Positions 16,177 to 24,848 of a DNA stretch of 24,848 bases are shown here, in pieces. The DNA comes from a virus (Duplodnaviria; Caudoviricetes): IMG/VR virus record IMGVR_UViG_3300039208_000022, positions 1 through 24,848 of that record. The stretch is one strand, 5' to 3'. Under the pieces are notes generated by a model. The model made no database searches. It was not told the DNA's origin and worked only from the letters and a program-made list of their open reading frames with translations. The position numbers and the translations under genes are program-made. The first letter of the stretch is position 1; each line of letters opens with the position of its first letter.

Positions 16177-16996
16177 AGACTACATGGTCTTTGAAAAGTA
16201 CGATGGTTGGTACGGTTATGTAGACTTCTCAGGAGGTTTCTACACACCTGTATCATCACGTGCAAAAAGACATATCCCTGCCATGGCTCACTTCGCAGAA
16301 CATGTTGTGAATTCGAGCAAAGTAGACAAGTTGAGTGGTCGATTAGTGTTTGAGATTCTGCTAGAAGGTGTGACGGACTTCCCTACACTCAACGGAGTAC
16401 TAAACAGGAAGAAAGAACAGGCACCAGGCGCATATATTATGTGTCATGATTTAATCTTTACAGGTAACAAAGATAAAGAGTTCATAGACAGATACGCTGA
16501 CCTCAGAAAGTATTTTGAGCCAACGCGTTATGTGCGCATAGCAAACCCATTAAGCAGTAACAAGAAGTTTAATTCATGGGCGCCAGTATGTAATTTACAG
16601 GAGTCTCGTAAACTTTGTGAAGATGTGTGGAGACGTGGTGGAGAAGGTGTAATCCTCAAGCGAGCAGACGCACCCTACTCACCAGGTAAACGCAATGCCG
16701 ATTTGATGAAGATCAAAGAAGAGATAGCATTGGATCTACTTGTTACAGGCTTGATCGAAGGAGATGGTAAGTACAGAGGAACACTTGGTGCGATGCTCGT
16801 ACAGGATAAAGCGGGAAGACAATATCAAGTCTCTGGCATGACTGACGAGCAACGTTACCAGTGGTGGACTAACCCTGATTATATCAAGGGCAAAGTCGTA
16901 GAAGTAAAAGCAATGAAGAGACTGAAAGATGGTTCATTACGAGAACCACGATTCAAAGCAGTCCGACACGATAAAACAGCACAGGACATTGACTAA
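16112..16996 (+). CDS. ATP-dependent DNA ligase
   Basis: EKYDG, SSR, EGVILK, Y.PGKR...MKIK, SLREPRF...RHDK; AGGAG RBS before GTG. Confidence 0.93.
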   Translation: MEIQKALHLHTELEKKKPKIVEDYMVFEKYDGWYGYVDFSGGFYTPVSSRAKRHIPAMAHFAEHVVNSSKVDKLSGRLVFEILLEGVTDFPTLNGVLNRKKEQAPGAYIMCHDLIFTGNKDKEFIDRYADLRKYFEPTRYVRIANPLSSNKKFNSWAPVCNLQESRKLCEDVWRRGGEGVILKRADAPYSPGKRNADLMKIKEEIALDLLVTGLIEGDGKYRGTLGAMLVQDKAGRQYQVSGMTDEQRYQWWTNPDYIKGKVVEVKAMKRLKDGSLREPRFKAVRHDKTAQDID

Positions 16997-17268
16997 TGTT
17001 AAAAGAGTTCTTAGGTCAAGTCTGTTTACTAGGCGTAGCAATAGGACTGGCGTTCATCTATGGGGCACTATGGATGAGTTATCAGTTGTTTGATTATGCC
17101 AGTGGCGGAGGCGTGGAAGACACACTAGCTATCATGTTAGCATTGGTGTGCTTCTTTGTTGCAGTAGCTTTAGTTGTGTGGGTAGTAAAACACTTGCACA
17201 GAAGCTACAAGAAAGCTAAACAGATTATCGATGACCGGATAGACGAGAGTTACCACGGGTACGACTGA
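16996..17268 (+). CDS. Two-TM membrane protein
   Basis: Two hydrophobic segments; translationally coupled on both sides. Confidence 0.75.
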   Translation: MLKEFLGQVCLLGVAIGLAFIYGALWMSYQLFDYASGGGVEDTLAIMLALVCFFVAVALVVWVVKHLHRSYKKAKQIIDDRIDESYHGYD

Positions 17269-17645
17269 TGCAAAGACTAACAGCTAACCAAGTTCCAAAT
17301 GTGTTAAAGCAGTTAGTTGATAAGCAAAATGGTAAGTGCGCTGTGTGTGGACATCCATTCACGCAACGTGATGGAGCTGTACTTGATCACGATCATACTA
17401 CGGGATTCATACGTGGCGCACTTCACAGATCATGTAATGGTGCCGAAGGTAAAGTAAAGTATAAAGCCAAGTTGTGCCACACAGGTATAACAGCGGAGAA
17501 GTACATTATTGGACTGGGTAAGTACTTGGAAGAACATGCTAAACCTAAGTACCCATTACTACATCCTACACACTTAACAGCTGACGAAAAACGCTTAGAA
17601 CGAAATCGTAAAGCACGCTTGTCTAGAGCGAGGAAAAAGAAATAG
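17268..17645 (+). CDS. Recombination endonuclease VII-like protein
   Basis: QNGKCAVC...LDHDHTTGFIRGALHRSCN. Confidence 0.92.
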   Translation: MQRLTANQVPNVLKQLVDKQNGKCAVCGHPFTQRDGAVLDHDHTTGFIRGALHRSCNGAEGKVKYKAKLCHTGITAEKYIIGLGKYLEEHAKPKYPLLHPTHLTADEKRLERNRKARLSRARKKK

Positions 17646-20048
17646 ATGAAAACAATACATGATCAGATTGAGTGGGAAAGAGAAGCATTAGAACGTGGGT
17701 CAGAACGTTACTACACTCAACAAGATAAACTAAAGAGCCAAGGTAAAGGTGACCAGTCTCATGTTGTTAGTTATCTTTTAAAAGATCGGTTAGAAGAAGT
17801 AGCACAGAAGATAGAAGACCTCTCCAAGAAGAACAAAGGAGTTGGTGGAAATATCAATAAAATACTTCGACAAGCAATTGTTGACAAAGACTATCTGAAG
17901 ACTGCATATATAGGCACTAAACTGTCATTCCAGATGTTACTGGCTAAAGAGAAGAACACAATACTTAAGTTGTGTCTTAGAATAGGCAGTAGTTTAGAGG
18001 CCGATTTAAAATGTAAAATCTTCAAGAATGCATATCCTGGTTATTACGAAGTAGTGCAGAAGTCTTTCAATGAACAGAACGTGTCAGACTATGTGCATAA
18101 GCATAAAGTCATGATGAAGAAGTTCGGAGACTTTGAACTAACTTGGAATGATTGGGAACCTAACATCAAAACTAAGATAGGTGCAAAGGTCTTACAATGT
18201 GTACTCGCTGTTTTCGATGATGTACTGTGCATCAGACAACGGTGGAGTAGAAACAAAAGCGTTGCTTACTTAGATTCGACAGTGCACTTTGACGAGTGGG
18301 CCGCTGAATTCGAACGTGAGCGCGGTTTTATGGAACCTATATTATTGCCACTAAAGATTCCGCCAATGGCCTGGACGGGTGAGCGTGGCGTGGGTGGCTA
18401 TTATCACCCACAGATTAGAAACAGGTTACCATTTATTAAAACGCGTGGGAGAGATCACAGGAAGTTCGTAGATAAACATGTACCTAAAGCACACATGAAA
18501 GCAGTTAACAAAATCCAGAGAACTGGATGGAAGATTAACAAGCGTGTACTTGAAGTACAGAAGTTAATATATGAACGTGACTTACAAGTTGGAATCCCAC
18601 AAAGTACAGCACTAGAAGTTCCACTATTCCCTGAACACTTAGACGGTAAAGACAAAAAGACTATGACCGAATCTGAGGCAGAAGAGTTTAAAGCGTGGAA
18701 GTCACTAGCAAAACGTGTACACCAAAGGGAGCAGGAGAGAAAGGGCAAAGTAATCGCCTTCTTACAATCATACAAACTAGCACAAGAACTACAAACGTGG
18801 GATGAATTCTACTTTGTGTATACTTGTGACTTCAGAGGTAGAGTGTACTGTGCTACAGCAGGACTATCACCTCAAGGAGCAGACTCAGCAAAGGGTCTAC
18901 TCATGTTTTCAAAAAGCGTTAAACTTGGTAGAGAAGGCATTAAATGGCTAGCAATACACGGAGCAAATGTGTATGGACAAGACAAAGTGTCATACCAAGA
19001 TAGAGTCAACTGGGTGGTACAAAGCGAAGATGATATTAGACGAGTTGTCGAAGACCCTATCTCTTCAAGAGAGTACTGGGGACAAGCAGACAAACCATAC
19101 CAATTCCTCGCCTTCTGTTTCGAATGGAGTGCCGCAAGTTATGGAAGGAATCCAGATTACAAGAGCAGCATTGCAGTGGGGTTGGATGGCTCGTGTAATG
19201 GACTACAACACTTCTCAGCAATGTTACGAGATGAAGTTGGAGCACACGCAACGAATCTACTACCCTGCCCTAAACCTGAAGATATTTACGCAAGAGTTGC
19301 GGAAGTTACAACAGATAAACTTAAGCTCATCGACGATCCAAGAGCGCGTAAATGGCTACATGTTGGGGTTAATAGAAAGTGCGCTAAAAGACCAGTAATG
19401 ACATTACCATACGGTGCAACACAGCAATCAGCAAGACAGTACATACTCGAATACACACGAGACAACTGGACTAAGTTTGATATGTCTGAGCAGCATCAAT
19501 GGGACATGGCAAAGTTCTTAACTCCCATACTGTGGTCTGCAATTGGTGAAGTTGTCGTAGCAGCAAGAATGGCAATGAACTGGTTACAGAAGAACACATG
19601 GGAAGAGTACAAGAAGTGGGTAACACCTATTGGTTTTCCAGTGTACCAGTACTACAAAGACGCACCAACAAAGCAGGTTAAAACAGAACTAAATGGTAAA
19701 CTAGTACTAACAGTACGTGACGAGGAGGGTGAAGTATTCCCTAAACAGTCGTCACAACGTAGTGGAGTAGCACCAAACTTCGTACACAGTATTGACAGTA
19801 CACACATGGTTATGACCATTAACAGTACAGACTTCTCATCCTACGCAATGATACATGACGACTTCGGAACTCATGCAGGAAACACACATATCCTATTCAG
19901 GGCTATACGGAAATCATTCAGAGAACTGTACACTAAACACAACCCATTGCAAGAGTGGGCTGATCAACAAGAGCAAGTAGTAAACACGCTACCAGATGGT
20001 AAATATGATATTAATGAGATTATGCGTGCAGACTATTTCTTCGGCTAA
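17646..20048 (+). CDS. T7-type single-subunit RNA polymerase 2 (phiKMV-type position)
   Basis: DFRGRVY, SPQG, LDGSCNGLQH, RKCAKRPVMTLPYG, APNFVHSID, IHDDFGTH, C-terminal YFFG. Confidence 0.97.
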   Translation: MKTIHDQIEWEREALERGSERYYTQQDKLKSQGKGDQSHVVSYLLKDRLEEVAQKIEDLSKKNKGVGGNINKILRQAIVDKDYLKTAYIGTKLSFQMLLAKEKNTILKLCLRIGSSLEADLKCKIFKNAYPGYYEVVQKSFNEQNVSDYVHKHKVMMKKFGDFELTWNDWEPNIKTKIGAKVLQCVLAVFDDVLCIRQRWSRNKSVAYLDSTVHFDEWAAEFERERGFMEPILLPLKIPPMAWTGERGVGGYYHPQIRNRLPFIKTRGRDHRKFVDKHVPKAHMKAVNKIQRTGWKINKRVLEVQKLIYERDLQVGIPQSTALEVPLFPEHLDGKDKKTMTESEAEEFKAWKSLAKRVHQREQERKGKVIAFLQSYKLAQELQTWDEFYFVYTCDFRGRVYCATAGLSPQGADSAKGLLMFSKSVKLGREGIKWLAIHGANVYGQDKVSYQDRVNWVVQSEDDIRRVVEDPISSREYWGQADKPYQFLAFCFEWSAASYGRNPDYKSSIAVGLDGSCNGLQHFSAMLRDEVGAHATNLLPCPKPEDIYARVAEVTTDKLKLIDDPRARKWLHVGVNRKCAKRPVMTLPYGATQQSARQYILEYTRDNWTKFDMSEQHQWDMAKFLTPILWSAIGEVVVAARMAMNWLQKNTWEEYKKWVTPIGFPVYQYYKDAPTKQVKTELNGKLVLTVRDEEGEVFPKQSSQRSGVAPNFVHSIDSTHMVMTINSTDFSSYAMIHDDFGTHAGNTHILFRAIRKSFRELYTKHNPLQEWADQQEQVVNTLPDGKYDINEIMRADYFFG

Positions 20049-20062
20049 CTAGGAAGGGTCAT

Positions 20063-20281
20063 ATGAGTACAAAGAAAACAAAGACTACAAGTCGTGGTGT
20101 TGAGATCCAAGGTCTGACACAAAACACACTGCAAGCAATTGTAAGAGACTTGGTTATGAAGTTTCCTCGTAAACCGTATGATCCCTCTAGTACACTACCT
20201 GAAGTAATGCATTGTGAAGGTCAACAATCTGTCATCAGATACTTAGAAACTAAGCTACAGGATGCACAGAAATATGGATAA
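20063..20281 (+). CDS. Conserved small pre-portal protein
   Basis: FP...PSSTLPEVMHCEGQQSVI resembles the small ORF that precedes the head genes in autographiviruses. Confidence 0.7.
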   Translation: MSTKKTKTTSRGVEIQGLTQNTLQAIVRDLVMKFPRKPYDPSSTLPEVMHCEGQQSVIRYLETKLQDAQKYG

Positions 20282-20819
20282 CATAATATCAAAACCCTTA
20301 TGGGATGCCATGACAATACCGGAAAGAAGACAAGCACTTATGGATCTTGAAGACGCATGTAAAGAGTTCCAAGGTGATGAACCTATTCCAGTAGAGATGA
20401 GGCATTACAATGCAGCAGGAGTGTACGCTAGAGAAATGATCGCACCGAAAGGTATGGTTATTGTCGGAGAGATACACAAAACAGAGAACATTAACACATT
20501 GTCTAAGGGACGCATACGTGTCGCTACTGAAGACGGTGTGCGTGACCTAGAAGCACCAGCAACTTTTGTGAGTAAAGCTGGTACTAAAAGGGCAGGCGTA
20601 ACACTCACCGACGTAGTATGGACAGTGTACCACGCAACAGAACTAACAGATCCAGATGAGATCCGTAAACAGTTCATTGCTGAGGACTATACTGAACTAG
20701 ATAAACAACTTGAAAATACAAGAGGTGACTATGAGTTGGATAGCAGCAGCAATGGTAGCAACAGCAGCGTTCACGGAGAATCGTCGTCGATCAGCAGTGA
20801 AGAAAGCGAAGAAACGTGA
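20262..20819 (+). CDS. Cupin-like beta-barrel protein
   Basis: HY...GVYAREMIAPKGMVIVGEIHKTEN...SKG...S.AGTKR...VWTVYH; start may be ATG20274. Confidence 0.7.
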   Translation: MHRNMDNIISKPLWDAMTIPERRQALMDLEDACKEFQGDEPIPVEMRHYNAAGVYAREMIAPKGMVIVGEIHKTENINTLSKGRIRVATEDGVRDLEAPATFVSKAGTKRAGVTLTDVVWTVYHATELTDPDEIRKQFIAEDYTELDKQLENTRGDYELDSSSNGSNSSVHGESSSISSEESEET

Positions 20820-20967
20820 AAAGAAAGCAGAATTAGAAGCGAGACGTGCACAAGCGTTCTCTGAAACAGAAGGTGAAGGCGTAGGTAATCTAGGGCAAGT
20901 AAGACTAGCTGTAGATAACGACGTTGATATGACCACGAGTAAGAGACAGAATGCACTGAGGATATAG
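20731..20967 (+). CDS. Small virion protein (gp7.3-like position)
   Basis: GAGGTG RBS; MSWIAAAMVATAA N-terminus; immediately before portal. Confidence 0.7.
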   Translation: MSWIAAAMVATAAFTENRRRSAVKKAKKREKKAELEARRAQAFSETEGEGVGNLGQVRLAVDNDVDMTTSKRQNALRI

Positions 20968-20976
20968 GGTGAATAC

Positions 20977-22524
20977 ATGACTCCAGAAGAACTACAAGCG
21001 AAGCACATGAACGGTGACTTCAAGCTTAAAGGTGAATTTGCTGGAAGTGATTACAGTCGAGAAGAAACATTAACACGATGTGAAAGATACGCAGGGTGGA
21101 CACTTCCTGGTGTATTCCCCGATGACCCATTGCTAGAGTATGACGAGTTGCAAAATGACTTCCAATCAGTTGGAGCACAAGCAACTATTAACCTAGCAAA
21201 CAGAATAATGATGGTACTGTTTCAGCCGTCTAGACCGTTCTTCAGAATGAAACTCACAGATGAACAACGTGAGAATCTTAGAGGAGATGGTAGAACAGAC
21301 GCAGAAATAGATGCAGCATTAGCAAAAGCAGAGCGCGAAGCAGTAGGGCAACTCACTAACCGCAATGCTCGCATTAAATTAACTGAAGCAATCACAAGTC
21401 TTATCATTACAGGTAATGCATTATTGTACACGCCTGAAGATACAGATAAACATTATCAAACCTACACATTACGTGATTATGTACTAGTACGTGACCTCGT
21501 GGGTAGAGTAGTTAAGATCATAACACGTGAGACTAAGAGTGTACGAGGCTTGTCAGATGAACTACAAGCTGTCGTTTTACAGCAAGGTTTCCACGAAGAT
21601 GATGAAGTAACTATCTATACAGGAGTTCAAAGAGTAGGAGAAAACAAGTACGTTGCATGGCAAGAGCTAGAAGACGTATGCTATTGTAGTAAAGGAATAG
21701 GTATCTATAATCAGGATACACTCCCTTGGATTCCGCTTGTATGGAATCTAGCAAGAAACAAAGACTACGGTACAGGACTTGTTGAAAACTACTCAGGTGA
21801 CTTCCACACACTCAGTACACTAGCAGAAGCAATCCTTGACTACACAGTCATGGTTACAGACATCAAACATCTTGTTGATCCCACAGGAAGTACTGATGTA
21901 AGAGAACTAACTGAAGCGCCATCAGGTGCATATGTGCATGGTAGAGAAGGTGACATATTCACTCTACAAGCACAGGTTAGTAATAACGCTGATTTCCTAA
22001 GAGAACAAATGTTACACGTCGAGAGACGCATTGCGGCAGCTTTCTTATTAAACACAGCAGTAACCAGAGACGCAGAACGAGTAACAGCTGAAGAGATTCG
22101 GTTGCAAGCACAGGAGCTTGAGAACTCGTTAGGTGGTGTATACTCAAGACTTGCAGTAGAGCTACAGAAACCACTAGCTATCAGAGTACTATCTGAACTT
22201 AGTCCAGTGTTTAAAGGTGTAGAACCAGTTATAGTGACAGGACTTGAATCTTTGTCACGTAGCTCAGATCTAGACCGAATAAGACTCTTCTTTGCAGACC
22301 TAGTAGCGTTAGCAGAAGTACCAGAAGAAGTAAGAATCCGCATAGACTACGATGAATTAATCGCAATGTTAGGTGCGGGACATGGTATTGACTACAAGAA
22401 GTTCTTAAAGACACCTGAACAAGTTAAAGAAAGTACAGCTGAGTCAGTAAGGTTAAATGCTACGGCTGCCGGTATGGAAGAACAAGCGCGTAGTGTAGGT
22501 CAACAAGCAGGAACACCTACATGA
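20977..22524 (+). CDS. Portal / head-tail connector
   Basis: YAGWTLP, QSVGAQATINLAN, LFQPSRPFFR, YGTGLVE, RDAERVTAEEIR...ELENSLGGVYS. Confidence 0.96.
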   Translation: MTPEELQAKHMNGDFKLKGEFAGSDYSREETLTRCERYAGWTLPGVFPDDPLLEYDELQNDFQSVGAQATINLANRIMMVLFQPSRPFFRMKLTDEQRENLRGDGRTDAEIDAALAKAEREAVGQLTNRNARIKLTEAITSLIITGNALLYTPEDTDKHYQTYTLRDYVLVRDLVGRVVKIITRETKSVRGLSDELQAVVLQQGFHEDDEVTIYTGVQRVGENKYVAWQELEDVCYCSKGIGIYNQDTLPWIPLVWNLARNKDYGTGLVENYSGDFHTLSTLAEAILDYTVMVTDIKHLVDPTGSTDVRELTEAPSGAYVHGREGDIFTLQAQVSNNADFLREQMLHVERRIAAAFLLNTAVTRDAERVTAEEIRLQAQELENSLGGVYSRLAVELQKPLAIRVLSELSPVFKGVEPVIVTGLESLSRSSDLDRIRLFFADLVALAEVPEEVRIRIDYDELIAMLGAGHGIDYKKFLKTPEQVKESTAESVRLNATAAGMEEQARSVGQQAGTPT

Positions 22525-23426
22525 CAGAAGAAGCAGGAACACAAGCACCTACAGGTAACACAGGTCAGCAACCCAATAACAACCCACCTGGACAAGCAGC
22601 ACCATCAACAACACCACCTCCAGGTGATGCAAATCTAGCTAATGGTAACCAAGGTAAACAAGGTGAGCCGCAAGCAGGAGGACAGGGCAATGATCAACAA
22701 GGTAATCAACAGGGTCAAGAGCAAGCTCCACCAAGTGGAAGTCAAGACGCTCAACCACCCAATAACGATCAAAACGGTGCACCGGCCCAGATACCGGACG
22801 GTAGTGAAGGTGGATTCCCACATGAACAAGCCAAGGGTGTTGAAGGCTTCCTCAAAGAAGCTGGACTAACTCCTAGCAAAGTTGCAGCTGAGATAGCAAC
22901 TAATGGTGATGTTACACCAGACATCCTTCGTAAACTCGAAGAGAAACATGGTCCTAATGTCGCTGGTTTAGTTGCAGATCAGTTACGATCATTGAACGAA
23001 GCAACTCAGTCACAGATTAATAGTCAGAACACAGAGATATTTAATACTGTAGCTGAGGCCTTCAAAGATGTTACACAGCAAGATGGTTCCCAAACTTGGA
23101 ATGAACTGTCTAACTGGGCAAAACAAAACGTGCCCAACACTGAGCGTGAAGAGATTAACAAACTCCTCGCACAAGGTGGGTTATCCGCGAAACTAGCAGT
23201 GAACGAACTTGTAAGCAGGTTCAAATCATCTGATAGCTACGTGCAACCTCTAGACAGAGAACAAGGGGATAAGTTGACTAACGACTTCGGTACACCAGCG
23301 TTAGACAAAGATGGTTATGATAGAGAACTTCGTAAACTACTAGACGAAGGACATAACTACGCAACTTCACCTCAAATCCAACAACTACAGAAGCGACGAA
23401 TGAAATCCATGAATCGTGGAATGTAA
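22521..23426 (+). CDS. Capsid scaffolding protein
   Basis: Between portal and capsid; low-complexity N-terminus; WNELSNWA; C-terminal LQKRR...RGM. Confidence 0.88.
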   Translation: MTEEAGTQAPTGNTGQQPNNNPPGQAAPSTTPPPGDANLANGNQGKQGEPQAGGQGNDQQGNQQGQEQAPPSGSQDAQPPNNDQNGAPAQIPDGSEGGFPHEQAKGVEGFLKEAGLTPSKVAAEIATNGDVTPDILRKLEEKHGPNVAGLVADQLRSLNEATQSQINSQNTEIFNTVAEAFKDVTQQDGSQTWNELSNWAKQNVPNTEREEINKLLAQGGLSAKLAVNELVSRFKSSDSYVQPLDREQGDKLTNDFGTPALDKDGYDRELRKLLDEGHNYATSPQIQQLQKRRMKSMNRGM

Positions 23427-23456
23427 TAAAGTGAACCAGACAACAGGAGAAACTCC

Positions 23457-24554
23457 ATGTCGATTATTGGACAAGAAGTTGCCAATCAACAGGTACGCGA
23501 CGGGCACCAAGGTGGCGTAGACTCAGGTAACATTAACCCGTTATACATTGAAGAATACGGCGGTGAAGTACAACACCGTTTCTTGAAAGCATCGTTTATG
23601 CGTCAGTTCTTCAAGTTTCACAGTGTACGAGGTACTGACACTGTAACTAACTATCGTATTGGACACAGCCAACTACAGAAAGTAGTACGTGGTGTACGTC
23701 CTAGCGATAGCGCACCAACATTCGATAACATCAGCGTTAAAGTTGATACTATCGTACTTGCACGATCTAACCAATTCTTACTTGACGACTTCTTATCTAG
23801 CATTGACGTGCGTAAAGAAGTAGGTATGGAGCACGGTAAAGAGATCGGTAAGTTCTTTGATGAGTCATTCATCGTACAAGGTATCAAAGCATGTCAAATC
23901 ACTAACCGTGATCCAGCAGCAGTAGAAAGCGGTGGCTGGCCTGATGCGATCAACGAAGGTGGTGCAACACTACCAGCGACTATCATCCGTACAGCACCTG
24001 AAGGTTTCCAAGGTGGATCAATTGTGATCTTAGCTGCCGCAGGTGATGAAGACGATCCAGAACTTCTAGAACTTGCTATTCAAGACGTTTCACAAGCGAT
24101 TGAAGAGAAAGACCTAGACATTGAAGATGCTGTAATACTCATGCGTCCTGCACAGTACTACGCACTACTCAAGAACAACAAGTTACTTGATCGTGACTTC
24201 TCAATGGATAACGGCGACTATGCACGTGGTAAAGTACTACGAGCAAATGGTATCCGTATTCAAGTCACTAACCGTTTCCCTAAGCAGACAGACGTGGGCC
24301 AAACTCACTTCTTGTCTAACGCTTCAAACGGTAACGCGTACGACGTGACTCAAGAAGACGCAAACTGTGTAGTCTTGCTAATGATGCCTAAAGCACTATT
24401 AGCTGGTGAGACTATACCAATGACTAGTAAAGTCTACTACCACGATGTAGAACTACAGTGGTTCATTGACTCATACTTGTCGTACGGTGTTACACCTAAC
24501 CGTGCAGAACATGCAGGTGGGATCTTTAGATTCGAACCTACAGCTGCACCTTAG
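23457..24554 (+). CDS. Major capsid protein
   Basis: LYIEEYGGEV, SVRGT, VDT, MRPAQYYALL, YGVTPNR; AGGAG RBS. Confidence 0.96.
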   Translation: MSIIGQEVANQQVRDGHQGGVDSGNINPLYIEEYGGEVQHRFLKASFMRQFFKFHSVRGTDTVTNYRIGHSQLQKVVRGVRPSDSAPTFDNISVKVDTIVLARSNQFLLDDFLSSIDVRKEVGMEHGKEIGKFFDESFIVQGIKACQITNRDPAAVESGGWPDAINEGGATLPATIIRTAPEGFQGGSIVILAAAGDEDDPELLELAIQDVSQAIEEKDLDIEDAVILMRPAQYYALLKNNKLLDRDFSMDNGDYARGKVLRANGIRIQVTNRFPKQTDVGQTHFLSNASNGNAYDVTQEDANCVVLLMMPKALLAGETIPMTSKVYYHDVELQWFIDSYLSYGVTPNRAEHAGGIFRFEPTAAP

Positions 24555-24564
24555 TGTATCCTGA

Positions 24565-24588
24565 GAGTACATTGGAAACAGTGTACTC
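24565..24588 (+). terminator. 10-bp GNRA hairpin after the capsid gene, without a U tract
   Basis: GAGTACATTG-GAAA-CAGTGTACTC at the position of T7 T-phi. Confidence 0.5.
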
Positions 24589-24612
24589 GATTGGATTCAT
24601 TAGGAGATAAAC

Positions 24613-24831
24613 ATGTTAACAGAACTAGAAGCACTAAACTATGCGCTTCGTGAAATAGGAACACATCCGGTTAATGACGTTAACTCAAACCAGCCAGATG
24701 CATCCAACGTTAGATCGAAGCTAGATCAATTAAGAAGACAAACACAAAAACGTGGATGGTGGTTCAACATAGATTATTGTGTTGAGTACCAACCAGACGA
24801 CATTACAAAGGAAATAGCACTTCCCGCAAGA
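24613..24831 (+). CDS. Tail tubular protein A (gp11-like), 3'-truncated
   Basis: AGGAG RBS; MLTELEALNYALREIGTHPV...RGWWFN. Confidence 0.88.
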
Positions 24832-24848
24832 GATCGTGACTGGGAAAC
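24832..24848 (-). other. Random-amplification primer, technical artefact
   Basis: GATCGTGACTGGGAAAC is the reverse complement of bases 1-17 and interrupts the tail gene. Confidence 0.93.

Noticed and set aside
17268-17645. Homing endonuclease or intron next to RNAP2
   Set aside because: It matches the usual stand-alone endonuclease VII of phiKMV-type phages, and the flanking genes are uninterrupted
8245-22869. Alternative-frame + strand ORFs (8245-8727, 12860-13171, 13648-13881, 18967-19398, 22642-22869)
   Set aside because: Nested within or overlapping better-supported genes, with no recognisable motifs
64-23887. All minus-strand ORFs in the track
   Set aside because: They are antisense shadows of well-supported + strand genes, with no motifs I recognise
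1-24848. 17-bp terminal inverted repeat suggesting a transposon or protein-primed linear genome
   Set aside because: It is the random-amplification primer and it cuts genes at both ends
1-24848. CRISPR array, integrase or prophage attachment site
   Set aside because: No spaced direct repeats, recombinase motifs or host genes were seen

Overview
About 24.8 kb of a lytic T7-superfamily podophage (Autographiviridae-like, phiKMV-type order), with every supported gene on the + strand. Both ends carry the random-amplification primer GTTTCCCAGTCACGATC, so this is an incomplete viral-metagenome contig. Gene order: single-subunit RNA polymerase 1 (probably 5'-truncated); small early ORFs including an M15-type endolysin, a 3TM holin-like protein and a MazG-like protein; a structured leader, an Ala-rich gene and a terminator; nucleotidyltransferase, primase, helicase and DUF3310; a ~290 nt non-coding structured RNA cluster; family A DNA polymerase, 5'-3' exonuclease, ATP-dependent ligase and endonuclease VII; a second, divergent RNA polymerase; then portal, scaffold, major capsid and the start of tail tubular protein A. 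Four points stand out. (1) Two apparently intact T7-type RNAPs have unrelated specificity loops. (2) Two tRNA-shaped elements lack a normal anticodon loop and sit among a pseudoknot and hairpins, in a genome encoding a CCA/poly(A)-family nucleotidyltransferase. (3) The helicase's probable N-terminus has no canonical start codon (AUU start or -1 frameshift from primase). (4) Lysis genes lie in the early region. All family calls come from motif recognition by eye; no searches were run.
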